A stretch of DNA of 64,000 bases, taken from contig JACQAG010000022.1 in assembly GCA_016195085.1 (NCBI GenBank), positions 10,700-74,699 on the forward strand, read 5' to 3'. Under the pieces are notes generated by a model, which searched no databases, was not told the origin of the DNA, and saw only the letters and a list, made by a program, of their open reading frames with translations. Below, piece by piece: positions 40,225 to 50,274 of the stretch (the first letter of the stretch is position 1; every line of letters starts with the position of its first letter). The position numbers were made by a program, and so were the translations under genes. Origin of the DNA: Pseudomonadota bacterium (GTDB taxonomy: Bacteria > Pseudomonadota > Alphaproteobacteria > SHVZ01).

Positions 40225-41184
40225 TCAGCCGATACCCGCGCGGCCCATCTCCAGAAACTTGTCGCGGCGGCGGTTGCGCAGGACCCCGCCGTCGTGATGC
40301 ACGTGCTTCATGAGTGCCGCTTCGATCGCGTCGCCCAAGCTGGCGATGGCGACCTTGGGCTGCCGGTGGGCGCCGCCCAGCGGCTCCGCTACGATCTCGT
40401 CGATGATGCCGAGCTTGAAGAGATCTTGCGCGGTGAGCTTGAGCGCGTCGGCGGCATCCTTGGCGTGCTCGGCCGCCCGCCAAAGGATGGAGGCGCAGCC
40501 TTCGGGCGAAATCACCGAATAGACGGCATGCTCCAGCATCAGCACGTGATTGCCCGCCGCCAGCGCCATGGCGCCGCCTGAGCCGCCTTCGCCGAGAATC
40601 GTGGCGATGATCGGCACGCGGAGCTGGAGCGAGGTCTCGATCGACCGGGCGATCGCCTCGGCCTGGCCGCGCTCTTCCGCGCCCACGCCCGGATAGGCCC
40701 CGGCCGTGTCGACCAAGGTCAAGACCGGCAGATGGAAGCGGTCCGCCAGCTCCATCAGCCGGCGCGCCTTGCGATAACCCTCCGGCCGGGCCATGCCGAA
40801 GTTGTGGCGGACCCGCGCCTCGGTGGTGGCCCCTTTCTCGGTGCCGAGCACCACGGCCGAGTAGCCGCGGAAGCGGCCGATGCCGCCGATCACCGCCCGG
40901 TCCTCGGCGAAGGCGCGGTCGCCGGCAAGCGGCGTGAAGTCCTCGACGAGCTCGGCGATCACCTCGCTCGCATGCGGGCGTTCCGGGTGGCGCGCCACCA
41001 GCACCTTCTGCCAGGGGGTCAGCTTCTGATAGGTGGCGCGGAGCTGCCGCTCGACCTTGCCCTGAAGGCGCGCCACCTCCTCGGCAATGTTGATCGTGCC
41101 GTCGTTGCTGAGATGCTTCAGTTCCTCGATCTTGCCTTCGAGCTCGGCGATCGGCTTTTCGAAATCGAGAAACTGCCGCGTCAT
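40225..41184 (-). CDS. accA: Acetyl-CoA carboxylase carboxyltransferase subunit alpha
   Basis: LDFEKPIAELEGKIEEL, GGSGGA oxyanion region, 319 aa. Confidence 0.9.
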   Translation of the reverse strand: MTRQFLDFEKPIAELEGKIEELKHLSNDGTINIAEEVARLQGKVERQLRATYQKLTPWQKVLVARHPERPHASEVIAELVEDFTPLAGDRAFAEDRAVIGGIGRFRGYSAVVLGTEKGATTEARVRHNFGMARPEGYRKARRLMELADRFHLPVLTLVDTAGAYPGVGAEERGQAEAIARSIETSLQLRVPIIATILGEGGSGGAMALAAGNHVLMLEHAVYSVISPEGCASILWRAAEHAKDAADALKLTAQDLFKLGIIDEIVAEPLGGAHRQPKVAIASLGDAIEAALMKHVHHDGGVLRNRRRDKFLEMGRAGIG

Positions 41185-42176
41185 CGCCCGCTCGCTCGGA
41201 CTCGGCGATCGATGAGCTCGGACTTCGCCACCATGACCTCGGCCTGGCGGATGGAGGCGAGGTCGATGAGCCGGCCGTCGAGTGCCACCGCGCCACGGCC
41301 GTCGCGGGCGGCAGCGGCCATTGCTTCCAGGATGCGGCGCGCCCGGGCGGTTTCGGCCTCGCTCGGACTGAAGGCCTGGTTCGCCTGGTCGATCTGGCTT
41401 GGATGGATCGCCCATTTGCCGTCGCAGCCGAGGCTGGCGGCTCTAAGCGCGGCCGCATCGAAGCCGGCCGCGTCGGAGAAATTGCCATAGGGCCCGTCGA
41501 GCGGACGGAGCCCGTGTGCCCTGGCGGCGACGATGATGCGGGAGAGTGCGTAGTGCCAGGCATCGCCCCAATGGCGCTGGCGGACGCCGTCCCCATCCGG
41601 GTCGGTCAGGATGGCGTAGTCGGCGTTGACGCCGCCGATCTGGGTGGTCCGCGCCCGGATCGAGGCGGCGTAGTCGCCGGGGCCGAAATGCAGGCTTTCC
41701 AGCCGCGGGCTGGCAGAAGCGATCGCCTCGACATTGGCCATGCCCAGCGCGGTCTCGATCAAGGCTTCGAACCCGACGCGTTTCTTGCGTCGCTTCGCCG
41801 TTTCGATCTGGGTCACCAGCATGTCCAGCGCGTAGAGATCGGCCGCGGTGCCGACCTTCGGGATCATGATGAGGTCGAGGCGCTCGGATGCCTGCTCCAG
41901 CACGTCCACCACATCGCGGTACATGTAGTGGGTGTCGAGTCCGTTGATTCTGACCGACAGCGTCTTGTCGCCCCAATCGATATCGCCGATCGCCTGGATC
42001 ACGTTGCGCCTCGCCGTCTCCTTGTCGTCCGGGGCAACGGCATCCTCGAGGTCGAGGAAGACCACGTCCGCAGCCGAGCGCGCCGCCCGCTCGAAGTACT
42101 TCGTTTGGCTGCCGGGAACGGCGAGCTCGCTGCGATTGAGGCGCGCCGGCGCTGGCTCGACGGTCTTGAAGCTCAT
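41181..42176 (-). CDS. mcl: HpcH/HpaI aldolase/CitE family; strong resemblance to L-malyl-CoA/beta-methylmalyl-CoA lyase
   Basis: RSELAVPGS...FLDLEDAVAPDDKE...NGLDTHYMYRDVVDV...KWAIHPSQID blocks match malyl-CoA lyase as I recall it. Confidence 0.65.
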   Translation of the reverse strand: MSFKTVEPAPARLNRSELAVPGSQTKYFERAARSAADVVFLDLEDAVAPDDKETARRNVIQAIGDIDWGDKTLSVRINGLDTHYMYRDVVDVLEQASERLDLIMIPKVGTAADLYALDMLVTQIETAKRRKKRVGFEALIETALGMANVEAIASASPRLESLHFGPGDYAASIRARTTQIGGVNADYAILTDPDGDGVRQRHWGDAWHYALSRIIVAARAHGLRPLDGPYGNFSDAAGFDAAALRAASLGCDGKWAIHPSQIDQANQAFSPSEAETARARRILEAMAAAARDGRGAVALDGRLIDLASIRQAEVMVAKSELIDRRVRASGR

Positions 42177-42234
42177 GCTCGATCTAGCCCGTTCGCAGGA
42201 CGCGGGCGATAGATGCGTGGTCCGGCCGGCAATG

Positions 42235-43158
42235 TCAACGCGGCCGCCGCTTCTGCGCAAGCGGGTGGTGCTGGCCGACAACCTTGGCCAGACGCTCCTG
42301 CGCTACATGGGTATAGATCTGGGTGGTGGCGATGTCGGCGTGGCCCAGCATCTGCTGCACGCTCCTGAGATCGGCGCCATGGTCGACGAGGTGTGTGGCA
42401 AAGGCGTGGCGCAGCACGTGGGGCGAGATCCGCTCGCGCGCGATGCCGGCTTCCGCCGACAGCTGCTTCAGGAGCTGCGCGAAGCGTTGGCGCGTGAGAT
42501 GTCCGGCTTCGCCGCGCGAGGGAAACAGCCAGGGCGAGGTCTGGCCCTTCGGCAGGAAGCGGTCGCGGACCTCTAGGAAGGCACGCACGGCGGCGACCGA
42601 CGGTTGGGTCAAGGGCACCAAGCGTTCCTTCTCGCCCTTGCCCTCGACCAGCAGCGTGGCGGTGTCGCGCTTGAGGGCGGCGAGCTTGAGCCCGACCAAT
42701 TCGGAGACGCGGAGCCCGGTTCCATACAAGAGCTCGAGCATGGCGACGAGCCGCAACCCTTCGGGGCCGGCCATGCCGGCGGCGGCGGCGATGAGGCGGC
42801 CCACTTCCGCCTCTTCCAGCACCTTCGGCAGCGGTCTGCCGAGCCGGGGACCGTCGATGGCGCCGGTTGGGTCATCGCCGCGCACGGCCTCGGCGAAGAG
42901 AAAGCGATGAAACTGGCGGAGCGCGGACAAACGCCGTGCCGCGGTGCGGGGCTGAAGCCCCGCGGCGGCGAGCCCAACCAGATAGGCGCGAAGGTCGTCG
43001 GCGGTTCCGGACTCGACCGGACGCCGCCGGCCAGCGAGAAAGCCGGCATAGTCCTCGAGGTCGCGCCGGTAGGCAGCAAGCGTGTTGGCGCTGCCGCCGC
43101 GCTCGGCGGCGATCATCTCGAGGAACGCCTCGACATGGCGCGAAGGAGCCATGGCCAC
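42235..43158 (-). CDS. xerD: Tyrosine recombinase XerD (XerC/D family)
   Basis: ELLYGTGLRVSE, HVLRHAFATHL, LGHADIATTQIYTHV catalytic R-H-R-Y set. Confidence 0.8.
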   Translation of the reverse strand: MAMAPSRHVEAFLEMIAAERGGSANTLAAYRRDLEDYAGFLAGRRRPVESGTADDLRAYLVGLAAAGLQPRTAARRLSALRQFHRFLFAEAVRGDDPTGAIDGPRLGRPLPKVLEEAEVGRLIAAAAGMAGPEGLRLVAMLELLYGTGLRVSELVGLKLAALKRDTATLLVEGKGEKERLVPLTQPSVAAVRAFLEVRDRFLPKGQTSPWLFPSRGEAGHLTRQRFAQLLKQLSAEAGIARERISPHVLRHAFATHLVDHGADLRSVQQMLGHADIATTQIYTHVAQERLAKVVGQHHPLAQKRRPR

Positions 43159-43167
43159 CCTTCGGAC

Positions 43168-45042
43168 CTAAAGCCCGGCTGCGATGGCGGCCTCAAGGGC
43201 GAATGCGCGCGCTTCCTCCGCAAAGTCCACCGCACGCAGCCGTTGCACCAAGAAGCCGAGCACCATGGCAGGCTGCTCGGCCAAGGCAGTCTCGCCCAAG
43301 GCGATTTCGGCGAGCGCCACCGACTCGGCGAGGCGCCGTTCGTCGCTGGCGGCGGCGAGCGCCGGGAGGAGCCCCGCCGGCGGCAGCGCCGCCGGACGGC
43401 GTGTGGTCAGGGTCACCAGATCGCGCCACAGGAGAGGCGGAACCTTTTGTCCGGAGGCTTCGATCAGGATGAGCGCGGTCGCGATGCGCGGCTCGGTTTC
43501 CGCCTCGGTTCCCTTGAGGCTCCGCCGCCAGCTCTCGAAACGCTCCTGCTGCCAAGCGCCGGCGCTGGGCTGCGCCAGGGTGTTGAGGAGCCAAAGACCA
43601 TCGAGCGCCCGGCGCGCGTCGGGAAGCCGCGGCGCCTCGGCCTCGAGCATGCCGATCCAGCGTTGCGCCGCATCCGCCCGGCCGGCGGCCTCCAGCGCCC
43701 TTGCCAGCGTCGCCGCCAGGCCCAAGAGCTCGCCCCGCGGCTCCAGAGCGGCCAGATCGGCGGCATAGAGCCGAGCTTGCTGGGCATAGGCCTGGGGACT
43801 TCCGGCGAGCGCCAACGCCCGCTCGATGAACGGCGTACGGGCCGGGGCGGAGTCCTTCTGGCGGACTGCTTGCCAGAGAATGGCGCGCCCCCAGGGTCCC
43901 TTGTCCATCTCCGCAGCACTCACCGCATTCGCCAGCGCCTCGGGTGCTACTTCGACCGACGCGTAGAGCTTCTGCAGATCCCCTGGGCTCCAGGCACCCG
44001 CCGCCTCGATCCGCTCGCCGGCGGCGAGCCTGATGGGCCCTTCGGCATTGACGCTGAGCGCGATGGCGGCCATGAGGCGCAGGTCTCGGCTGGAGGCGGC
44101 GTCGGCCGGGATCGGCCGGTGCGCGGCGCGCAGCATCGCCAGATCGAGCGGCCGCGGCTGGACAAGCGAAGCCAAGCGCGCCCGCTCGTTGCCGGCGAGC
44201 GCATCCATGAGCATGGTGAAGGTCGCATCCTCGGCGAAACCCTGTTCGGGCAGCAGGCGGGCCGCCAAGTCGGCCTTCTCCTTGTCGCCGTCGAGCATCA
44301 GGCAGAACGCCTGGCCGCGCTGCCAGACTTCGGCGCGGCTGCGGGCGAGGTTGCGGCGGACCTCGGCGCATCCGCCGGCCACATCATCGACGAGCCAGGC
44401 GGCGTCCACCTTGAGCCGCGCCAGGCGGTCGTCGACGTCGCGCTGGGGGATGGATTGGAGGAGCCGGTTCACACCGATGAGATCGCCCATCTGCAGGAGC
44501 TTCTCGGCGCGCAGCACGACGATCCGAGTCTCGCCGGCAGCACCCTCGGGATTGAGCGAGGCGGAGAGCAGCAAGCGACGCTGCAGATCGAAGAGGGCAC
44601 GGCTCGCGGGTGCGCTTGGCAATAGGCCGAGCAGCCGCTCGGCGATGGGACGCGGCGTACCGGCCCACATCGACAGGGCGAGCGCCCGCTCGCCTGGGGC
44701 GAGCGCGCCCACCGTGTCGGCTTCGACCGATTGCAGGGTGTCGACCTGGAAGCCGGCCGGTGCCTGCGGCGCCGGCGGCTGCACGCCTGCCGGAGCGACC
44801 GCCGGCGCGCCGCTCTGGGCGGGCAAAGGCGCGGCTGCGGGCGCGGCCACATCGCTCGGCGTATCCGCTGCGGGTGCGCCGGGCGATGACGGGGAGGGGG
44901 CGGGCGTCGTCGCCGCCGCCGGGGGCCGCGGAGTCAGCCGAATCGGCGCCCCGCCCGTCTGCGCGGCGGCGGGGGCCGCGCCGAGGAGCAGGAGGCCGAG
45001 GCAGACGCCGCGGCCGAGGCGGCTAGCGGCTGAAACGATCAT
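43168..45042 (-). CDS. Secreted conserved hypothetical protein with Pro/Ala-rich low-complexity N-terminal region and helical Leu/Ala-rich body
   Basis: Signal peptide MIVSAASRLGRGVCLGLLLLGAAPAAAQT; about 70-aa PA-rich tract; no recognisable catalytic motif. Confidence 0.5.
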   Translation of the reverse strand: MIVSAASRLGRGVCLGLLLLGAAPAAAQTGGAPIRLTPRPPAAATTPAPSPSSPGAPAADTPSDVAAPAAAPLPAQSGAPAVAPAGVQPPAPQAPAGFQVDTLQSVEADTVGALAPGERALALSMWAGTPRPIAERLLGLLPSAPASRALFDLQRRLLLSASLNPEGAAGETRIVVLRAEKLLQMGDLIGVNRLLQSIPQRDVDDRLARLKVDAAWLVDDVAGGCAEVRRNLARSRAEVWQRGQAFCLMLDGDKEKADLAARLLPEQGFAEDATFTMLMDALAGNERARLASLVQPRPLDLAMLRAAHRPIPADAASSRDLRLMAAIALSVNAEGPIRLAAGERIEAAGAWSPGDLQKLYASVEVAPEALANAVSAAEMDKGPWGRAILWQAVRQKDSAPARTPFIERALALAGSPQAYAQQARLYAADLAALEPRGELLGLAATLARALEAAGRADAAQRWIGMLEAEAPRLPDARRALDGLWLLNTLAQPSAGAWQQERFESWRRSLKGTEAETEPRIATALILIEASGQKVPPLLWRDLVTLTTRRPAALPPAGLLPALAAASDERRLAESVALAEIALGETALAEQPAMVLGFLVQRLRAVDFAEEARAFALEAAIAAGL

Positions 45043-45376
45043 TGGGAATGACACGCTCGACCTTCGTGCTGGGGGCGGGAATGGTCCAGGTAGACAGCAC
45101 CACCGCAGCCACTAGCATCAATGCGCCGATGCCGGCGACCACGATCAGCGCAATCCTCGAGTTCTTCACAGGCGTCCCCTGACATGCGCTTACCGAAAGC
45201 CGCCTCGGCGACAGCCCGGCGGAGTAATGCTAGAGTTTAACCGTGGCGAATTTGCGACACCACCCACGGATGCCGAGGATGATTTTCGGCCTGACGACGG
45301 CCCGCCGCCGAGGCGCGTCGGACGGCCGGCTATGGCCGGAAATGGCGGGTACGGGCGCCTCTTGGCGCACACTGCC

Positions 45377-45940
45377 ATGACCCAGCCGCCGCTCTGGGTG
45401 CTGCCGCGCTCGGTGGTCCTGGTCGGACTCATGGGCGCCGGCAAGACCTCGATCGGTCGCCGCTTGGCGACTCGGTTCCAGCTGCCCTTCGTCGATGCCG
45501 ACCAGGAAATCGAGGCGGCCGCCGGCTGTGCCATCGAGACCATCTTCGAGCTGCATGGCGAGGCGGCGTTCCGCGACTGCGAGCGCCGGGTGATCCGGCG
45601 CTTGCTGGAACGACCGGTCCAGATCTTGGCGACCGGGGGCGGGGCCTTCATCGATCCGGAGACGAGGGCCTTGGTCCGCGACCGGGCCATCTCGCTGTGG
45701 CTCCGGGCGGAGCTGGAGCTCCTCCTCGACCGCGTCGCCCGCCGCACCAATCGGCCATTGCTGAAGCGCGGCGAGCCCCGCGAGATCCTGGTCAGGCTCA
45801 TCGCCGAGCGCTATCCCGTCTATGCCGAGGCCGACATCGTCGTCGACAGCCTCGATGCGCCGACCGAGGTCACGGTAGAGGCGGCGCTCGGCGCCTTGCG
45901 GGCGTTCCTCGCGCACGAGCGCGAGCGGGTCAGCTCGTGA
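45377..45940 (+). CDS. aroK: Shikimate kinase
   Basis: Walker A GLMGAGKTSIGRRLA, DADQEIE, LATGGG. Confidence 0.9.
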   Translation: MTQPPLWVLPRSVVLVGLMGAGKTSIGRRLATRFQLPFVDADQEIEAAAGCAIETIFELHGEAAFRDCERRVIRRLLERPVQILATGGGAFIDPETRALVRDRAISLWLRAELELLLDRVARRTNRPLLKRGEPREILVRLIAERYPVYAEADIVVDSLDAPTEVTVEAALGALRAFLAHERERVSS

Positions 45941-47061
45941 ACGACGTCCCATCCCAGAGCGTGATCGTGCCGGTCAGCCTCGGCGAGCGCGCCTATGAGA
46001 TTCACGTCGGCCCCGGCCTCATCGAGCGCGCCGGCGGGCTCATCGGCCGGGTGCTGCCGCAGCCGCGCGTCGTCGTCGTCAGCGACGAGACCGTCGCCCG
46101 TCTGCATTTGGCGCCGCTCGAGGCCTCGCTCACCAAGGCCGGCATCGCGCATGATCGCGTCGTCGTGCCCGCCGGCGAAGGAAGCAAGGAATTCGGCCCG
46201 TTCGCGCGGCTCATCGAAGGTCTGCTCGATGCCGGCCTCGAACGCCGAACCACGCTGGTGGCGCTAGGCGGCGGCGTCGTCGGCGATCTCACCGGATTTG
46301 CCGCAAGCGTGCTGCTGAGAGGCGTGCCCTTCGTGCAGATTCCAACCACGCTCTTGGCCCAGGTCGACAGCTCGGTCGGCGGCAAGACCGGCATCAACAC
46401 CAGGCACGGCAAGAACCTCGTCGGCAGCTTCTATCAGCCGCGTCTGGTCCTGGCCGACACCGGCACGCTCGATACGCTGCCGCGCCGCGAGCTCCTGGCC
46501 GGCTATGCCGAGGTGGTCAAATACGGGATCATCGGCGATGCGCCGTTCTTCTCCTGGCTCGAGGCGCATGGGCCGGGATTGCTGGCCAAGGACGGGGCGG
46601 AGCGGCGGCGGGCGGTGGAAGTCTCTTGCCGCGCCAAGGCAGCGATCGTCGCCGCCGACGAGCGTGAGACCGGCGATCGCGCCTTGCTCAACTTCGGCCA
46701 TACCTTCGCCCACGCGCTCGAGGCGGAGACCGGCTATTCGTCCGATCTCCTGCATGGCGAGGCGGTCGCCGTCGGCATGGTCATGGCGCTCACGCTGTCG
46801 GCCAGGCTCGGCTTGTGCGAGCCGGCAGCAGTCGAGCGCGTGCGCCGGCATTTGTCGGAGGTCGGGTTGCCGACCGGGCTTGCCGATATCGGCTCCCAGC
46901 GGTTCGAGGCCGGGCGACTCTTCAGTCATATGCAGCGGGACAAAAAGGTACGGGATGGCCGACTTGCTTTCATCCTCGCCAAGCGGATCGGAGAAGCCTT
47001 CATCAGCCGGGAGGTCGCAGCCGATGCGGTCCTGGAGCTGCTGGGCCGAGCCGCCGCCTGA
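45937..47061 (+). CDS. aroB: 3-dehydroquinate synthase
   Basis: GGGVVGDLTGFAA, GGKTGIN..GKNLVG, H..AHA metal-binding region; GTG overlaps aroK stop. Confidence 0.9.
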   Translation: MNDVPSQSVIVPVSLGERAYEIHVGPGLIERAGGLIGRVLPQPRVVVVSDETVARLHLAPLEASLTKAGIAHDRVVVPAGEGSKEFGPFARLIEGLLDAGLERRTTLVALGGGVVGDLTGFAASVLLRGVPFVQIPTTLLAQVDSSVGGKTGINTRHGKNLVGSFYQPRLVLADTGTLDTLPRRELLAGYAEVVKYGIIGDAPFFSWLEAHGPGLLAKDGAERRRAVEVSCRAKAAIVAADERETGDRALLNFGHTFAHALEAETGYSSDLLHGEAVAVGMVMALTLSARLGLCEPAAVERVRRHLSEVGLPTGLADIGSQRFEAGRLFSHMQRDKKVRDGRLAFILAKRIGEAFISREVAADAVLELLGRAAA

Positions 47062-47096
47062 CCCGTGCTCGGACTTGACCCTGGAATCACCGTGAC

Positions 47097-48401
47097 ATGA
47101 CGTTCGACTGGCTCGGCTCGCACATGATCGTCGTCGTCGTGGCGATCATCGTGCTGATCCTGATCTCGGCCTTCTTTTCTCTCGCCGAGACCGCGCTTAC
47201 CGCCGCCTCGCGTCCGCGCCAGCACCAGCTCGCCCGCGAGGGCAACCGGCGCGCCGCCGTCGTGAACGAGCTCAGGGCCCAGAGCGAGCGGCTCATCGGC
47301 ACGGTGCTGCTCGGCAACAACCTCGTGAACATCCTGGCCTCGGCGCTCGCCACCGGGGTGCTCATCGCCGCCTTCGGCGAGGCCGGCGTCGCCTACGCGA
47401 CCGCGGTGATGACCGTGCTCATCCTGGTTTTCGCCGAGGTGCTGCCGAAGACCTTGGCGCTCAATGCGCCGGACCGGCTGGCTCTGGCGCTGGCGCCGAT
47501 GATCCGGCCGGTGGTGCGGCTCTTGGCTCCGGCGACCCGCGCCGTGCAGCTCATCGTTCGCGGCGCATTGCGCCTCTTCGGCATCCGCATCAGCGCCGAG
47601 CTCGGCAGCGCGGAAAGCGAGGAGGAGCTGCGCGGCGCCATCGAGCTGCACAAGGGCCCGGGCGGCGAGGTCAAGGAGGAGCGCGCCATGCTGCGCTCGA
47701 TCCTCGACCTGGATGACGTCGAGGTGGGCCAGATCATGAACCATCGCAAGAACGTGACCATGATCGACTCGGGCGAGCCGCCGGCGGCGATCGCCGAGCA
47801 GGTGCTGGCGAGCCCGTATACGCGCATTCCGCTCTATCGCGGCCAGCCCGACAATGTCGTGGGCGTGCTGCATGCCAAGGCGCTGCTGAAGGCGTTGCAA
47901 GCGGTCGGTGGCGACGTCAGCCGCCTGGACATTCCGAGCATCGCCGCACCGCCCTGGTTCATTCCAGAGACCACGACCTTGCTCGACCAATTGCGGGCGT
48001 TCCGCGCGCGCCATGAGCATTTTGCCGTGGTCGTCGACGAGTACGGCTCGCTCATGGGCATCGTCACCCTCGAGGACATCCTGGAGGAGATCGTGGGCGA
48101 CATCACCGACGAGCACGATATCGCCGTCGCCGGCGTCCGTCCCCAGCCGGACGGCTCCTATATCGTCGATGGCTCGGTCACCATCCGCGACCTCAACCGG
48201 GAGTTCGAATGGAGCCTTCCCGACGAGGCGGCATCGACCGTGGCGGGCCTGGTCCTGCATGAGTCGCGCCGCATTCCCGATGTTGGGCAGGAGTTCACCT
48301 TCCACGGCTTTCGCTTTGCCGTGCTTCGACGCCAGCGCAATCAGATCACGCTGTTGCGCATCGCCCCGCCGAAAGCCGGCGGGGCCGGCGCCGCCGCCTG
48401 A
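47097..48401 (+). CDS. HlyC/CorC (CNNM) family transporter: DUF21 TM domain, CBS pair and CorC_HlyC domain (TlyC-like)
   Basis: FFSLAETALTA DUF21 start, CBS pair, C-terminal transporter-associated domain. Confidence 0.8.
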   Translation: MTFDWLGSHMIVVVVAIIVLILISAFFSLAETALTAASRPRQHQLAREGNRRAAVVNELRAQSERLIGTVLLGNNLVNILASALATGVLIAAFGEAGVAYATAVMTVLILVFAEVLPKTLALNAPDRLALALAPMIRPVVRLLAPATRAVQLIVRGALRLFGIRISAELGSAESEEELRGAIELHKGPGGEVKEERAMLRSILDLDDVEVGQIMNHRKNVTMIDSGEPPAAIAEQVLASPYTRIPLYRGQPDNVVGVLHAKALLKALQAVGGDVSRLDIPSIAAPPWFIPETTTLLDQLRAFRARHEHFAVVVDEYGSLMGIVTLEDILEEIVGDITDEHDIAVAGVRPQPDGSYIVDGSVTIRDLNREFEWSLPDEAASTVAGLVLHESRRIPDVGQEFTFHGFRFAVLRRQRNQITLLRIAPPKAGGAGAAA

Positions 48402-48550
48402 TCGGCCTTGGCTGGCTTATGGTGCGCTGCGTCATGAATTCCAGGATTCGCGCAAAACCGCTCCATAGCCATTGAAGCAGCGCCCGGGTGGCGTCACATT
48501 AGCTCTATGCGCGGCGCTCGGTGCGGCGCGCCAATACGATTGGGGGAAAC

Positions 48551-49000
48551 ATGAACCACCTCATCGTCCCCGATATCGTTCATGGCCAAACGCTTACCTT
48601 GATGGAAGAGGGCGCCAGCGTGCGGGAAGCCGCACGGATCATGGCGGAACGCCGAATCGGTGCTGTCATGATTGTGCGCGGCGAGCGCCTGGAAGGCATT
48701 CTCACCGAGCGCGACGTGCTGGTGCGGGTGGTGGCGCCTTCTCGCGATCCCGATACCACGCAGATCGGCGAGGTCATGACCCGCAACCCCGACACTGTCG
48801 CTCCCGACAGCCGGGCCATCGATGCACTCCTTCGCATGCGCGAGAAGGGCTACCGGCACTTGCCGGTGGTCGACAAGGATCGGGTCGTCGGCATGGTCTC
48901 GATCCGCGACCTCTATGACGCGGTCAAGCAGGAGCTGGAAGAGGACCTGCAGGAGCGCGAGGCCTTCATCTTCGGCAGCGGCTACGCCACCGCACCCTGA
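48551..49000 (+). CDS. CBS-pair domain protein
   Basis: Two CBS motifs (IGAVMIV..G.LEGILTERD; HLPVVDKDRVVGMVSIRDL). Confidence 0.75.
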   Translation: MNHLIVPDIVHGQTLTLMEEGASVREAARIMAERRIGAVMIVRGERLEGILTERDVLVRVVAPSRDPDTTQIGEVMTRNPDTVAPDSRAIDALLRMREKGYRHLPVVDKDRVVGMVSIRDLYDAVKQELEEDLQEREAFIFGSGYATAP

Positions 49001-49212
49001 GAAGGCCGCAGAAGCGAGCGCGATCGCCGCCAAGTGGCCTCGGGCCCGGCACCCACACCTCGCGAGGAGGTATTTTCGCGACCTTGCCATGCTGGGCGGG
49101 CGTGGGTGCTTCGCCGTTGACGCGGCGGGGATAACCCTTATGTTCCCTTCGCTATCGCGCCGCCCTGTCCGTCGGAGGCCTATCTCCAAGAGGCGCCCGG
49201 CATCAGCCGAGG

Positions 49213-49794
49213 ATGGTCGTCATGCCCCTGTCACCCGCCGTCGAGCGCGAACATCTGCATTTGCGCCAAATCGAATGCCGCGGGTTTCGCCGTGCCGATG
49301 GGCTCTGGGACATCGAGGGTCACATGACCGACAGCAAGACCTACGGCTTTCCCAATAAAGCACGGGGCCGGATCGAGGCCGGGGAGGCGCTGCATAACAT
49401 GTGGCTCAGGATTACCATCGACGACCACTTCGTCATTCGGGCGGTCGAGGCGGTGACCGACGCCGGCCCGTTTTCGCTCTGCGGCGACATCACCCCCAAC
49501 TTCCAGAGGCTCTGCGGTTTGCGCATCGGGGCGGGCTTCACCGGGAAAACCCGCGAGCTCTTGGGCGGGGTTGAGGGCTGCACGCATCTGGTGGAGCTCT
49601 TGGGCCCGATCGCCACGACGGCATTTCAGACGCTGTTTTCCGAGCGCCGTCGCCGTGCCGATGGCGATGCGGCCGCACCGGCACCCAGCAGCGGCCAGCA
49701 GAAGCGGCCGCGCCTGTTGGACAGTTGCCATGCCTTCCGCGCCGACGGTCCGATCGTCAAGGACACATGGCCGGGTTTCTACACCGGCCAATGA
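49213..49794 (+). CDS. DUF2889-like protein
   Basis: Conserved CTHLVELLGPIATTAFQT block as recalled for DUF2889; no known function. Confidence 0.45.
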   Translation: MVVMPLSPAVEREHLHLRQIECRGFRRADGLWDIEGHMTDSKTYGFPNKARGRIEAGEALHNMWLRITIDDHFVIRAVEAVTDAGPFSLCGDITPNFQRLCGLRIGAGFTGKTRELLGGVEGCTHLVELLGPIATTAFQTLFSERRRRADGDAAAPAPSSGQQKRPRLLDSCHAFRADGPIVKDTWPGFYTGQ

Positions 49795-49801
49795 CGCGGA
49801 A

Positions 49802-50182
49802 CTAAACCGGGCTCGGCAGCTGGGGAAGACCGAGGGCTCGAGGCAGCAGGCGCAGCGCCTCGGCATCGGCGATGAGCGCGCCGTCGCCACCGGTCCGTCG
49901 CTCGAGATCGCGGGCGAGCGTGCGGTAGTAGGACAAGATGAACACCCTGACCGCCGAGGTCAGGCTGGAGCGGCGGCGAAGCCGGTGCACCATCGTGCAG
50001 AGCTCGTGCAGCGAGCGGCCTTCGCGCTCGGCGATGTCGGCGAGCGCGCGCCACATATCCGGCTCCAGGCGCATGCTCGTGCGATGCCCGGAGACGACGA
50101 TGTTGCGGCTGAGGAGGGTGCTGCCCATGGCGTGCGCCGTACGATTGTAATGACTTAACGACGATACCAGATCTCCGTGCAT
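49802..50182 (-). CDS. Ribbon-helix-helix (RHH_4-like) DNA-binding protein
   Basis: SGHRTSMRLEPDMWRALADIAEREGRSLHELCTMV fits the alphaproteobacterial RHH family; true start may be the internal Met near 50128. Confidence 0.55.
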   Translation of the reverse strand: MHGDLVSSLSHYNRTAHAMGSTLLSRNIVVSGHRTSMRLEPDMWRALADIAEREGRSLHELCTMVHRLRRRSSLTSAVRVFILSYYRTLARDLERRTGGDGALIADAEALRLLPRALGLPQLPSPV

Positions 50183-50274
50183 TGAATTTTAGACAACTGC
50201 CGTATTTCAGCAACCCCAAATACGGCCTTTGAGCAAAATTAATTTAACCGGGGTGCGGAGGCGTTTTTCCGGCC

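Noticed and set aside
45190-45801. 203-aa minus-strand ORF
   Set aside because: Antisense to aroK and its promoter region.
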